Assembly: GCA_964543815.1 (NCBI GenBank)
Contig: CAZIZG010000007.1
Span: 2,781-66,780 of the forward strand
Source of the DNA: an uncultured Bdellovibrionales bacterium
GTDB lineage: Bacteria; Patescibacteriota; Minisyncoccia; Moranbacterales; UBA1568
Length of the DNA: 64,000 bases
Direction of reading: 5' to 3'
A program made the position numbers and the translations under genes. The stretch's first letter is position 1. Every line of letters starts with the position of its first letter. Under the pieces are notes generated by a model. It saw only the letters and a program-made list of their open reading frames with translations. It was not told where the DNA came from and searched no databases. Below, one piece after another: positions 1 to 11,981 of this stretch.

Positions 1-1364
1 ATGGTACCAGACTGTTCAAATATCCGTTCCATCAATCGTGGTAATTTGAGAAGCTCCCGAGCAATCCGTTGTCCCGTAACGAGAGACATGCCGCGCTTCC
101 GCCCAAGATACAGCGTAAGGAGTGAAAGAATAGCCAGCTGTGAAGTAAAAGCCTTGGTCGAGGCGACCGATACCTCCGGTCCGGCATGATTGTATACTCC
201 GGCATCGGTCTCCCGGGCGATAGTTGAGCCCACCACATTGACGATACCAAGCGTGAGTGCCCCCTTACTCTTAGCCTCTCGAATGGCTGCCAGAGTATCA
301 GCTGTTTCTCCTGATTGCGAAAGAGCAAGAACGGCCGTGCGCTTATCCAGGAGTGGTTTACGATAGCGAAACTCTGAAGCATACTCTACCTCAACGGGAA
401 TCCCAGCATACTCCTCAAGCATATACTCACCCACGAGACCGGCATGATACGACGTACCACAAGAGACAATCACAATGCGCTCTATCCCTTCTAAACGCTT
501 CGCTACCTCACGTAACCCACCAAGTCGAGCTGTGCCCTCATCCGGAAGGAGCCGTCCCCGCAAAGCATCAGCAAAGCTCTCCGGCTGATCAAAAATTTCT
601 TTGAGCATAAAATGAGGGTAGCCGCCACGCTTGGCTTCCTTTTCTGACCACTCTACCGCCGTTTCATCCTTTTTCTGAATGGCCTGACCAGACTTCACCA
701 CGTACCCCTCACGGGTAACAACCGCTCGTTCATCATCCTCAAGATAGACTACCTTTTTGGTATGAGCCAGGATGGCCGAGACATCGGACGCGACGAAGTA
801 CTCCTCCTTCCCTACCCCGATAAGAAGCGGGCTGCCCATCCGGGCCACGTAGAGCCGATCCGGTTCGACCACAGCCACCATGGCGATGCCATACGTACCT
901 CGTAATTCTTTGATAGCAGAAGCAAAGGCCTCCTCCATGTCTCGACTCTTCTTGGTATGCTCCTCAATGAGATGTGCCACTACTTCCGTATCGGTCTCTG
1001 ATGCAAAACGATGGCCCTTTTTGATTAGCTCATCTTTTAGTTCAGTGTAGTTTTCGATAATCCCATTATGAACGAGCGAAATCGCTCCAGCACAGTCAAC
1101 ATGCGGATGAGCATTCTTCTCCGATGGTTTGCCGTGCGTAGCCCAGCGAGTATGAGCAATACCAGTGGTCGCCGTATACATCACACCATCGGTCTTTTTC
1201 TCAAGTTCAGCCACTTTCCCCAAAGCTCGTACTCGTTTCAATTTTTTCCCTTCGACCAGTGCCACACCAGCACTATCGTAGCCACGATATTCGAGCCGTC
1301 TCAGCCCCTCGATAAGCAAGTCCTTCGCTTCACGCTTCCCAACATAGCCAACGATGCCACACAT
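1..1364 (-). CDS. glmS: Glutamine--fructose-6-phosphate aminotransferase, N-terminal 454 aa; runs off the left edge of the window
   Basis: Manual reverse-complement translation from the ATG at 1364-1362 gives MCGIVGYVGKR..., the Cys2 N-terminal nucleophile signature of GlmS. A glutaminase domain and the start of the SIS domain follow. The ORF is absent from the track because no stop codon lies in the window. Confidence 0.8.
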   Translation of the reverse strand, partial: MCGIVGYVGKREAKDLLIEGLRRLEYRGYDSAGVALVEGKKLKRVRALGKVAELEKKTDGVMYTATTGIAHTRWATHGKPSEKNAHPHVDCAGAISLVHNGIIENYTELKDELIKKGHRFASETDTEVVAHLIEEHTKKSRDMEEAFASAIKELRGTYGIAMVAVVEPDRLYVARMGSPLLIGVGKEEYFVASDVSAILAHTKKVVYLEDDERAVVTREGYVVKSGQAIQKKDETAVEWSEKEAKRGGYPHFMLKEIFDQPESFADALRGRLLPDEGTARLGGLREVAKRLEGIERIVIVSCGTSYHAGLVGEYMLEEYAGIPVEVEYASEFRYRKPLLDKRTAVLALSQSGETADTLAAIREAKSKGALTLGIVNVVGSTIARETDAGVYNHAGPEVSVASTKAFTSQLAILSLLTLYLGRKRGMSLVTGQRIARELLKLPRLMERIFEQSGT

Positions 1365-1392
1365 AGAGTTGAGCGTTACGAATTATTCGAAA

Positions 1393-3843
1393 CTACCCCG
1401 CCACGATACTGACAATTTTTCCAGGGACGTAGATGACTTTACGAACCGTCTTATCAGCGAGATGGAGTTTGACGTTGACATCGGCAAGCGCCCGAGTCTT
1501 CACCTCGTCTTCACCTGTACCATTCTCGATAGCAATGACCGCCCGGACTTTACCATTCAACTGCACCGCGACATTGACCGTCTCAGCGACAATTTTTTTC
1601 TTGTCATACTTCGGCCAGGGAGCAAGAAAAATAGACTTCTTCTCCCCGGTTTGAGACCAGAGTTCTGCGGTGATATGCGGCGCGAAGGGAGAGAGGAGCA
1701 CGAGTAACGTTTTGAATGTAGAAACCTGAACACCCGTCTCTTTTTCCATTTCATTCACCAGAATCATGAGACTACTAATGGCCGTGTTGAACTTGAGTTC
1801 TTCCACATCCTCCGTCACCTTTTTGATAGTTCGGTGCAGTGCCCCGAGTATATCCGTATTTACTTTCTTCTCGGTAACTTTTTCCTGTAACTTCCATACT
1901 TTTTCGAGAAATCGCCGCACACCAATGATACTTCCGGTATTCCAGGCTTTCTTATCTTCTAGTGGCCCCATGAACATTTCATACAATCGGAGACTATCCG
2001 CCCCAAATTCGGCTACCATCTGATCGGGATTGACCACATTACCAAGTGACTTCGACATCTTACGTCCGTCAGCTGCCAATATCGTCCCCTGGTGTCGGAG
2101 CTTCATGAACGGCTCATCGAAACCAACATGCCCATACTTCATGAGCGCTTTGGTAAAGAAACGGGCATAGAGGAGATGGAGCACCGTGTGTTCTGCTCCA
2201 CCCATATAGAAATCAACCGGGAGATACTTCTCAAGCGCTTTTTTGGAGGCAAACTGTTTTGTATTCTTAGGATCAGCAAAACGCATGTAGTACCAACTGG
2301 AACATACAAACGTATCCATGGTATCACTCTCGCGCCTCGCTTTCCCGCCACACTTGGGACACTTCACCTTATGAAAACTCTTGGAGCTGACAAGGGGTGA
2401 CTCGCCCGTCGGTCGAAAATCCACATCCGTCGGAAGTTTCACTGGTAAATCCTTTTCTGGTACCGGCACAGTGCCGCAGTCAGCACAATAGATAATAGGG
2501 ATGGGCGCGCCCCAATACCGCTGACGAGAAATGAGCCAATCACGGAGACGATAATTCACCACTTTCTTCCCTAGTTTTTCTTTCCGAAGCCACGCCGTCA
2601 TTTTTTCCCTCGCCTCAACTGAAGTAAGTTCAGTAAATTCTTTAGAATTAACGAGCACACCATCATCCGTATAAGGATCCTCACTCATCACGTCCTCTTT
2701 CCCCTTAATAACAGTGATAATTTCCAGTTGGTACTTCTTGGCAAAAGTAAAATCACGCTCATCATGAGCAGGCACCCCCATCACGGCCCCGGTGCCATAG
2801 GTTCCGAGCACATAGTCGGCAACATAGACTGGCAGAAGCTCTCCCGTAAAAGGGTGTACTACGGTCACTCCCTCAAGGCACACTCCCGTTTTGTCTTTAT
2901 TGAGCTCTGTCCGCTCGAGATCAGTCTTCTTCTTGGTTGTCTCCAAATATTTCTTCACTTCTTCCCAATTCTTGATGCCTGATGCTTGATGCTTGATAAG
3001 CTCATGTTCTGGTGCTATGACGACATACGTACAGCCGTAGATGGTATCGAGACGGGTGGTAAACACTCGTACCTCTTCCTCAGTATGAGCAACATAGAAA
3101 ACAACCTCTGCCCCTTCCGAGCGACCAATCCAGTGCCGCTGAGCTGACTTAGTCGACTCCGGCCAATCAATCTTGTCGAGACCAGAAAGCAAACCGGAAA
3201 CTTTTTTGCCAGTGACACTCTTCGTTGACTCCACGAAATCCGTGATCTTAAAAAACCATTGTTCTAGATCCTTTTGCACCACCGTACTGCCACAGCGGTC
3301 GCACTTGCCATCAATCACCTGCTCATTGGCAAGTACGGTCGCGTCTTTGTCGCACCAATTAACCTTGGCTTTCTTTTTGTAGGCCAAACCGTTTTTATAG
3401 AGAAAGAGAAACATCCACTGCGTCCATCGATAGTACTCGGGGCTCGAAGCGTTGACTTCACGCGACCAATCATAGGAAAGTCCCACTGACTGCATCTGAC
3501 GCTTAAAATTCTTGATTGATTCCAAGGTTTTCTTACTCGGATGGATACCGGTTTTGATAGCAAAATTTTCTGCTGGAAGTCCAAACGCATCCCAGCCCAT
3601 CGGCCGGAGGACGTCATAACCCTGATACTGCTTGAAACGAGCATAAATATCAGTCGCAGTGAAGTTCTCGACGTGCCCGACATGGAGTCCATCCCCCGAA
3701 GGATACGGGAACATATCGAGAATGTAGAATTTCCCTTTGTTGCCAGTTTTTTTCAAGGCTCCATTTTTGGCCCATACTTTCTGCCATTTTCCCTCAATTT
3801 TCTTCGGTTCGTAAGCTTTCCGCATAGCGCTCTTCAAGTTCAT
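1393..3843 (-). CDS. leuS: Leucyl-tRNA synthetase
   Basis: 816-aa ORF with the HIGH-region motif PYPSGDGLHVGH, KMSKS and typical LeuRS editing-domain blocks. Confidence 0.95.
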   Translation of the reverse strand: MNLKSAMRKAYEPKKIEGKWQKVWAKNGALKKTGNKGKFYILDMFPYPSGDGLHVGHVENFTATDIYARFKQYQGYDVLRPMGWDAFGLPAENFAIKTGIHPSKKTLESIKNFKRQMQSVGLSYDWSREVNASSPEYYRWTQWMFLFLYKNGLAYKKKAKVNWCDKDATVLANEQVIDGKCDRCGSTVVQKDLEQWFFKITDFVESTKSVTGKKVSGLLSGLDKIDWPESTKSAQRHWIGRSEGAEVVFYVAHTEEEVRVFTTRLDTIYGCTYVVIAPEHELIKHQASGIKNWEEVKKYLETTKKKTDLERTELNKDKTGVCLEGVTVVHPFTGELLPVYVADYVLGTYGTGAVMGVPAHDERDFTFAKKYQLEIITVIKGKEDVMSEDPYTDDGVLVNSKEFTELTSVEAREKMTAWLRKEKLGKKVVNYRLRDWLISRQRYWGAPIPIIYCADCGTVPVPEKDLPVKLPTDVDFRPTGESPLVSSKSFHKVKCPKCGGKARRESDTMDTFVCSSWYYMRFADPKNTKQFASKKALEKYLPVDFYMGGAEHTVLHLLYARFFTKALMKYGHVGFDEPFMKLRHQGTILAADGRKMSKSLGNVVNPDQMVAEFGADSLRLYEMFMGPLEDKKAWNTGSIIGVRRFLEKVWKLQEKVTEKKVNTDILGALHRTIKKVTEDVEELKFNTAISSLMILVNEMEKETGVQVSTFKTLLVLLSPFAPHITAELWSQTGEKKSIFLAPWPKYDKKKIVAETVNVAVQLNGKVRAVIAIENGTGEDEVKTRALADVNVKLHLADKTVRKVIYVPGKIVSIVAG

Positions 3844-3904
3844 TACCTCACCACTGTACTTTAAACAAGCGATTTTTTCAAGTTTTTTAGATTAACAAGA
3901 TACA

Positions 3905-3937
3905 GAAAAACAACGCCCTTGCGGACGTTGTTTTGAA
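3905..3937 (-). terminator. Intrinsic terminator after the DUF4349-like gene
   Basis: On the minus strand: AACAACGUCC-GCAA-GGGCGUUGUU hairpin with a GNRA tetraloop, followed by UUUUUCU. Confidence 0.5.
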
Positions 3938-3947
3938 TGAACTCACG

Positions 3948-4985
3948 TTATTTTTTCCTCAATACCCGGCGCTTCTCCTCAAGGAGACCCGGCCAGAATT
4001 TTGCCAAAGCCCGTCGCACCACGATATAGATGGCCCAAAGTATGACACCGTCTATGATAAGGGCCGGTAATCCGACAATGAGGAACTGAATACCCCCCTC
4101 AACAACATCGCCAAAAAATTGGAGCAGTGAAAGGAGTGATGCTTTGAGCGTCTGGAGTGGTCGAAATCCCTGATTGACTTTTACTTGAACATCCTCAGTC
4201 AAAAAGACCGTGATTGTGGCAAGACTCGTTTGACTATCAAGGTAACGCTTCTGACCTTCGAGCGATTCAATTTCGCTTCGCACTGCTGCTAAGCGATCAG
4301 TGACCTCCATCACATCGCTTATCTTCACTGCTCGATCAAAAAGAGTTTGAAGTGTCGCTTCGGCAGCTTTTTTGTTATTGATACGCGCTTCGAGGTCGAT
4401 AACCTGAGCTGTCACATCCATTCCAGACACATCTTCTGAAAGCGTGACATTGGCCAGGGCTTTCAAACGCGTCATTGCCTCATCAAATTTTTCTGTCGCT
4501 ACTCTGATGGTAACTGTCCCGCTCTTGCTTCCACCAATCACCTGATCGAGGTGAGTATCACTCACCGTACCGCCGAGCTCTCCCGCTACCGTCCTCATAC
4601 CCGCGAGCGCTTCATCGGCATTTTTTACCTGAACACTGAGACTTCCGATCCGTACTACTTTTTGTTCAGCAACTTCAGAAACTGATGGAGCAGCCATCAT
4701 CGGCATACTTGATTTTTCCATCATGCCCGACTTGTCACTTGATCCATTCATCATGAAACTATCGGCCTCCACTCTCATCCCCATAGGACTGAGCCCAATT
4801 TCGTTTACTGAAGTCATCTTGGTTGCTCTCTGCATCATGGGTGACCCATACATACCCGACCGAGAAACCTCTCGACGATCACCAGCAAAAAACACGGTCA
4901 CAAAAAAAACCAGGGCAAGCAAACCAAGGAGACCCACGAGAGCCAGACCAAGTGTTCGCACAAATTTTTGCGAGACTGTCCGCAT
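3948..4985 (-). CDS. Membrane-anchored DUF4349-like protein
   Basis: 345 aa with an N-terminal TM, a central soluble domain with a coiled segment, and a C-terminal TM followed by RRVLRKK. Architecture matches DUF4349. Confidence 0.5.
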   Translation of the reverse strand: MRTVSQKFVRTLGLALVGLLGLLALVFFVTVFFAGDRREVSRSGMYGSPMMQRATKMTSVNEIGLSPMGMRVEADSFMMNGSSDKSGMMEKSSMPMMAAPSVSEVAEQKVVRIGSLSVQVKNADEALAGMRTVAGELGGTVSDTHLDQVIGGSKSGTVTIRVATEKFDEAMTRLKALANVTLSEDVSGMDVTAQVIDLEARINNKKAAEATLQTLFDRAVKISDVMEVTDRLAAVRSEIESLEGQKRYLDSQTSLATITVFLTEDVQVKVNQGFRPLQTLKASLLSLLQFFGDVVEGGIQFLIVGLPALIIDGVILWAIYIVVRRALAKFWPGLLEEKRRVLRKK

Positions 4986-4999
4986 ATTTTTATATTATG

Positions 5000-5033
5000 A
5001 ATAAGAGCGAGAATAAATATTCTCGCTCTTATT
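5000..5033. terminator. Perfect 16-bp palindromic hairpin; likely terminator of the atp operon, possibly bidirectional
   Basis: aataagagcgagaata-aa-tattctcgctcttatt, located between the atpC stop and the start of the DUF4349 gene. Confidence 0.45.
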
Positions 5034-5060
5034 CTACACCTCTTGTTTCAGATTTCCAAT

Positions 5061-5501
5061 TTATTCACTCGTTGGCAAAATGCCACGCCGGGCCTGATGC
5101 CGTCTCGCTACTTTTACCCGGGCCAATTCTTTTTCGATCATAGCGGCAGTCCGGGCATACTCCTCATCATCCATCGTGACGCGCTCTTTTTTGAGTGCTT
5201 CCGCTCGAGCACGTGCCTCCTCTGCTCGCGTAACATCAATATCTTCTGCTCGCTCCGCCGTATCAGCAAGAATCGAGAGGATATCATCATGAAACTCCAC
5301 GAAACCACCCGAGGTTGCGAGACTGGTCTCGGGTCCATTTGGCTCAGATCGGAGCATAATCTCCCCAGCCGACAAAGCACCGATATAGGGCACATGATGG
5401 GGCAGGAGCGTCACCTCGCCACCTACTACTGGCAGAGTGGCTTGGTAAATCTCCTGTTCAATCACTTTTTTTTCAGGCGTCACCACCTTAAGCTTTATCA
5501 T
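5061..5501 (-). CDS. atpC: F1 ATP synthase epsilon subunit
   Basis: 146 aa. The N-terminal beta-sandwich (LKVVTPEK...GEVTLLP) plus C-terminal helices is typical of the epsilon subunit. Last gene of the atp operon. Confidence 0.9.
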   Translation of the reverse strand: MIKLKVVTPEKKVIEQEIYQATLPVVGGEVTLLPHHVPYIGALSAGEIMLRSEPNGPETSLATSGGFVEFHDDILSILADTAERAEDIDVTRAEEARARAEALKKERVTMDDEEYARTAAMIEKELARVKVARRHQARRGILPTSE

Positions 5502-5503
5502 AC

Positions 5504-6925
<1,422 letters not shown>

Positions 6926-6937
6926 TTAGTATCTCAA

Positions 6938-7834
6938 TTATTTTTGCACTGCTGCCATACCCGCTGACAATTCGGCAATCTCCTGAGTAATCTTACCCTG
7001 ACGGAGTTGATTGTAGGCAAGGGTCAAATCGGAAACCATATCCTTGGCCGCATCAGTCGCATTGCGCATCGCCATCATCCGAGCAGATTCCTGGGAAGCA
7101 TTACTTTCAAGCACCGCGTGGTACAACTCCATCTCAATCAGTCGCGGAATCATCTGCTCGAGCACTCCACTCGGTGAAGGTTCGATGATATACTCCGATG
7201 TTTCAGCTCTGTCCCCATCATTACCCTGTCCCATCTCATGGATAGCCTTTTTGGTATCATTGATAGCTACCGGGAGCAATGCCCGTACCTTGACCTCCTG
7301 AGAAAGCATCGAAACAAAGTCCGTATAAATCACCGCCACTCGATCAACTCGCAGAGAAGCAAACTCATCCATAATAACCCGCGCCACTCCGCGCATTCCC
7401 TCCGCTGTCGGCGCCGTCAATACATCCGGAAATGAGGCGACAATCTCGCCCCCCATACGACGCACGGCATTCTCGCCTTTCTTACCAAGCGTGATAAACA
7501 CTCGCCCTCTCCCCTCATCTTCCTTGAGTACCTGGCGCAGTCGCTTCACAATTTGGGCGTTAAAAGCCCCACAGAGTCCACGGTTACTAGTGATAACGAC
7601 GTAGAGCTCCCTCTGAACCAGCCGTTCAGTCACCAGCGGATGTCGCTCCTCACCCACGGCCCGGTCAAGCTGGCGCAAGAGCTCAATGGCTGTCGTGGCA
7701 TAAGGACGGATGGCAAGAACACTCGCTACGGCTTTGCGCATTTTGACAGCCGAAATCATCTCCATAGCCCGAGTGATCTTCCCCGTGCCCTTTACACCCT
7801 TGATACGTCTCCTGATATCTCGCGCTGATGCCAT
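6938..7834 (-). CDS. atpG: F1 ATP synthase gamma subunit
   Basis: 298 aa; the N-terminal MASARDIRRRIKGVK and C-terminal LTLAYNQLRQGKITQEIAE are gamma signatures. Confidence 0.93.
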   Translation of the reverse strand: MASARDIRRRIKGVKGTGKITRAMEMISAVKMRKAVASVLAIRPYATTAIELLRQLDRAVGEERHPLVTERLVQRELYVVITSNRGLCGAFNAQIVKRLRQVLKEDEGRGRVFITLGKKGENAVRRMGGEIVASFPDVLTAPTAEGMRGVARVIMDEFASLRVDRVAVIYTDFVSMLSQEVKVRALLPVAINDTKKAIHEMGQGNDGDRAETSEYIIEPSPSGVLEQMIPRLIEMELYHAVLESNASQESARMMAMRNATDAAKDMVSDLTLAYNQLRQGKITQEIAELSAGMAAVQK

Positions 7835-7837
7835 ACT

Positions 7838-9337
7838 TTAGGCTGCAAACGTTTTCTTAAATGATTCGATATGCTGCTTCAATAATTCTTCCACTTCGGG
7901 AGTCAAGGCCTTTTCTCTGAGAATAGCCTCGCCCACTCCCTTGCCTTCATTATCAAGATACACGTGGAACTCTCGTTCGAAACGATTGATTTCCGCTACC
8001 GGTACATCATCGACATGACCACGGGTCAGCGCATAGAGCACTGCGACCTCTTTCTCTACTGGGAGCGGTGCGTACTGGGGCTGCTTCAATATCTCCACGG
8101 CACGACGACCACGCTCGATAAGAGTCCGGGTCTTTTCATCCAGGTCAGAACCGAACTGAGCAAAAGCTTCCAGTTCTCGGAATTGAGCCAAATCAAGACG
8201 AAGCGTCCCCGATACCTGCTTCATCGCCTTGATCTGAGCCGATGAGCCTACCCGAGAAACTGAGAGGCCGACGTTTAGGGCAGGGCGGATACCCTTGTAG
8301 AACAAGTCAGACTCAAGATAAATCTGACCATCTGTAATAGAAATGACGTTCGTCGGAATATAGGCAGAAACATCACCGGCCTGAGTTTCAATAATAGGAA
8401 GAGCCGTAAGCGAACCGCCACCGTTTTCCGCATTGAGCTTGGCACTGCGTTCCAGGAGTCGTGAGTGGACATAAAACACATCTCCTGGGTAAGCCTCGCG
8501 TCCTGGTGGCCGACGGAGAATGAGCGAGATCTGACGGTATGCCACCGCGTGTTTTGATAGATCGTCATAAATAACAAGCACGTCCTTCCCCTGATCCATG
8601 AAGTACTCACCGAGCGCACACCCGGCGTACGGAGCAATGAACGACAGAGCTGAGGGATCAGACGCGCCAGCTACCACGACCGTCGTGTACTCGAGCGCTC
8701 CGCTCTTTTTGAGTTCAGCCACGATACGAGCCACCTTGGACTCTTTCTGACCAATAGCGACATAGATACAAATAACCCCCTGGCCCTTCTGATTGATAAT
8801 GGTATCGATAGCAATAGCCGTCTTGCCCGTCTGACGATCTCCGATGATAAGTTCGCGCTGACCCCGACCAATAGGGATAAGGGCATCAATCGCTTTGATA
8901 CCCGTCTGAAGCGGCTGATTCACCGACTGACGAGTGATAACACCAGGAGCAATTTTCTCCACCGGATAGTAGGCCGCCGCCTTCACTTCTCCTTTGCCAT
9001 CAATCGGCAACCCCAAAGGTGAAAGCACGCGACCAATCACCGCCTCACCCACCGGTACTGACAAAATTTTACCGGTACTTTTGGCCTGCGCCCCCTCACC
9101 GAGAGCACCAGTTTCATCGAGAAGCATGACACCAGCCTCGCCCTCTTCGAGATTCAGAGCTACCCCGATGGCACCATTTTCAAACTCCACCATTTCACCC
9201 GCCATTACTTCGGACAATCCAGCCACCCGAGCCACCCCATCACCAATCTCAAGCACGGTACCGATAGCCTCAGTTTTCGGTTCATGATGAAAATCAACAA
9301 TGTGTTTCTTCAGCTCTTCAATAAGTGGGTTACTCAT
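7838..9337 (-). CDS. atpA: F1 ATP synthase alpha subunit
   Basis: 499 aa with P-loop GDRQTGKT and alpha-type conserved blocks. Confidence 0.97.
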   Translation of the reverse strand: MSNPLIEELKKHIVDFHHEPKTEAIGTVLEIGDGVARVAGLSEVMAGEMVEFENGAIGVALNLEEGEAGVMLLDETGALGEGAQAKSTGKILSVPVGEAVIGRVLSPLGLPIDGKGEVKAAAYYPVEKIAPGVITRQSVNQPLQTGIKAIDALIPIGRGQRELIIGDRQTGKTAIAIDTIINQKGQGVICIYVAIGQKESKVARIVAELKKSGALEYTTVVVAGASDPSALSFIAPYAGCALGEYFMDQGKDVLVIYDDLSKHAVAYRQISLILRRPPGREAYPGDVFYVHSRLLERSAKLNAENGGGSLTALPIIETQAGDVSAYIPTNVISITDGQIYLESDLFYKGIRPALNVGLSVSRVGSSAQIKAMKQVSGTLRLDLAQFRELEAFAQFGSDLDEKTRTLIERGRRAVEILKQPQYAPLPVEKEVAVLYALTRGHVDDVPVAEINRFEREFHVYLDNEGKGVGEAILREKALTPEVEELLKQHIESFKKTFAA

Positions 9338-9409
9338 AGTTGTGAAAAGGTGTGGAATTTAGAATCCGAAATATTGCGGCAACAAAATTCAAGATGCCAA
9401 ACCCCAAGC

Positions 9410-9808
9410 TTAATGACTGATTAATTTTTTCATGATGCCCAGTTCACCACGGACCGTAGCATCATAGGACTGCTCCACTGTTTCAAAACGTGCGCCACCC
9501 ATCACGGATGAGTCCACCACGAACTCCGCTTCAATTTTCTTCCCAGGAAACAAAATCTCAGCTTTCTTGAGGAGCCGCGTCCGTGACGTCTCGTCTACCT
9601 CGTGTGCTGTTATAATCTTCACCGTGAGTAGTCCAAGAGCTCGCTTGGCTCGAACTTCAAGCTCTCGCACCACGAGGGGCAATTTCTTCATTTCTCCGTG
9701 ACGCTTCAGATACTCTGAAAAATATTGCACGAGTGCCACTGGACGCACCGAAGTATCGGAAGCGAGTTCCTCGAGCGCCTGCGCGTATTGTGTCACCGTC
9801 GGACGCAT
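9410..9808 (-). CDS. atpH: F1 ATP synthase delta (OSCP) subunit, short form
   Basis: 132 aa, positioned between atpF and atpA with an OSCP-like helical N-terminus. Confidence 0.75.
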   Translation of the reverse strand: MRPTVTQYAQALEELASDTSVRPVALVQYFSEYLKRHGEMKKLPLVVRELEVRAKRALGLLTVKIITAHEVDETSRTRLLKKAEILFPGKKIEAEFVVDSSVMGGARFETVEQSYDATVRGELGIMKKLISH

Positions 9809-9820
9809 ACCTCTAGATAT

Positions 9821-10306
9821 TTAGGAGAGTTTCTTTTCAATGAGAGCAGCGTCAGTTTTCGCATCCAATTTTTCCCGAAGGATTTTTTCTACTGACAGCA
9901 TCACAAGCGCACCAATTTCGTCTTTGGCCGCGTTCATCATGCTGTCCTTTTCCTCCCGGATTTTCTCTTCCGCCTCCGCGAGCATACGCTTGACTTTGGC
10001 TTCCGTTTGCAACGCCTGCTCAGCGTCACGTTTCTTAGCGCCGGTCTCCGCTGCTACGAGTATCGCCTTGGCCTCTTTGCGTGCCTCAGTGAGCACGGCC
10101 TCTTCTTTAGCTGCTACCTCCGAGAGTTTCGCCGTCGCTGCTTCAGCATCCTTCAGTCCGCGCTCAATCCGCGCTGCCCGTTGCTCGAGAAAATCAAGCA
10201 TCGGTCGATAGGCATACCGGCGTAATACCCAAAATAAGATGGCAAAATTCACTGCCTGTGCCAGGAGAAGCTTCCAATCAACACCCAGTTTAGCGAGTAC
10301 GTCCAT
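9821..10306 (-). CDS. atpF: Fo ATP synthase b subunit
   Basis: An N-terminal TM followed by a long charged coiled coil; 161 aa. Confidence 0.85.
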   Translation of the reverse strand: MDVLAKLGVDWKLLLAQAVNFAILFWVLRRYAYRPMLDFLEQRAARIERGLKDAEAATAKLSEVAAKEEAVLTEARKEAKAILVAAETGAKKRDAEQALQTEAKVKRMLAEAEEKIREEKDSMMNAAKDEIGALVMLSVEKILREKLDAKTDAALIEKKLS

Positions 10307-10316
10307 GGTCGAAAAA

Positions 10317-10565
<249 letters not shown>

Positions 10566-10625
10566 TTATTTCACTCAATGAAACTGCTCTATTCTACAGC
10601 GAAATGACACTTTTGTCCACTTCCT

Positions 10626-11393
10626 CTAGTGTTCTGGTTCCAGCGTCGCCATTTTGAGAAAGACCAGTGTCAACATGGCAAACACCACCGCCTGAATAAA
10701 CCCAACAAACACCTCGAGAAACATGAACGGCAGTGGCAAAAAATAGGGTACCAGGTGAAGCATTACCGTGAGAAGCACCTCACCAGCAAAGACATTTCCA
10801 AACAAACGAAAGGTGAAGGAGATAATTTTCCCCAGTTCCGACACGAGCTCGAGAATTCCCACTACCGTCCCAATACCATACGGCTTATGGAAGGGACTAA
10901 TGAGGAATTTCTTGCCATATTTGAACAGTCCGAGCGCGGCGATACCCGTGAACTGGACTGTGATAACGGTGATAAGCGACAGAGCAAGAGTAAAGTTGAG
11001 ATCAGCCGAGGTACTCCGAAGAAACGGGATGATAGTGGCATGACCCTCGGTGGTGGTATGGGCTACCCCTACCGTCCCTAGTCCTGGCAGCAGTCCTGCC
11101 CAGTTGGAAATGAGCACAAAGAGAAAAATGGTGGCAATAAATGGGAAGAAAGCTCGCGCTTGTTTTTTATCTTGAGTAACACTCTCAATGAGGTCAAACA
11201 ATGCCTCAAATATAATTTCCAAAATATTCTGCAGTCCTCTCGGCACCTGAGTCGGCCGTTTGGTCACCCGGGTGATGAACACCATGAGGAGGACACTCAC
11301 GATGACACCAATAAACAGAGCATTGGTGACTGGGAGCCATCCGAGACTAAACAATTTTTCTGCAGCAATTGAAATTTCCATTTTTTTCAACAA
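10626..11393 (-). CDS. atpB: Fo ATP synthase a subunit
   Basis: 255-aa polytopic protein with the conserved Arg-containing helix 4 region (LISNWAGLLPG...). Confidence 0.9.
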   Translation of the reverse strand: MLKKMEISIAAEKLFSLGWLPVTNALFIGVIVSVLLMVFITRVTKRPTQVPRGLQNILEIIFEALFDLIESVTQDKKQARAFFPFIATIFLFVLISNWAGLLPGLGTVGVAHTTTEGHATIIPFLRSTSADLNFTLALSLITVITVQFTGIAALGLFKYGKKFLISPFHKPYGIGTVVGILELVSELGKIISFTFRLFGNVFAGEVLLTVMLHLVPYFLPLPFMFLEVFVGFIQAVVFAMLTLVFLKMATLEPEH

Positions 11394-11463
11394 AAAAGGC
11401 GCTTTGAAGCGCCTCTAGTGTAGCAGTGAAATACCGAAAGGTCAAACCAATCAAATATTCACC

Positions 11464-11976
11464 TCAGTCTCCCTCTACCACATCGTAAGGGATATGATAT
11501 TTTTCAAAAAATCCTAGCTTGAATTTTGCTAAGCGATTAGAAATAGTCGATAGGTTCTGCTCATTACTCATTCGGCTTTCCTGGAGCTGAGCCAGTCGTC
11601 CAAGTAATTCTTCGGTCACGCCACCCCGTATCTCTACTAGAAGCTTTGCTTCCTGCTCAGCAAGTTCTGCCTGTAAAGCCATTTCGGAACGCACCTGACT
11701 CTCGAGCGGCTTAATCATATTGATAATCGCGGCGGCCTCTCGACGGATTTTCGCAATCTGTTCCGGTGTGTATTCCATGAATTCAGCCGCCGCTGGTTCT
11801 GCCATCGCCTCATCTTCTGCGAGTTTGTTTTGTGCTGCCTCAAAAGCCTCAAAGTCCACTTCACCGGCTTCCGCGCCATCAATTAAGTCCTGGGAGGAAT
11901 CATGAAAGCCCTTTTCCGTTGCGGGAGTTGGTCTCGCACCCCTCTTATCAAGATTCTGTGGAGCTGATTCAAACAT
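11464..11976 (-). CDS. Hypothetical acidic coiled-coil protein
   Basis: 170 aa, no TM, rich in E/A/Q/L heptads. Confidence 0.5.
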   Translation of the reverse strand: MFESAPQNLDKRGARPTPATEKGFHDSSQDLIDGAEAGEVDFEAFEAAQNKLAEDEAMAEPAAAEFMEYTPEQIAKIRREAAAIINMIKPLESQVRSEMALQAELAEQEAKLLVEIRGGVTEELLGRLAQLQESRMSNEQNLSTISNRLAKFKLGFFEKYHIPYDVVEGD

Positions 11977-11981
11977 GACCC

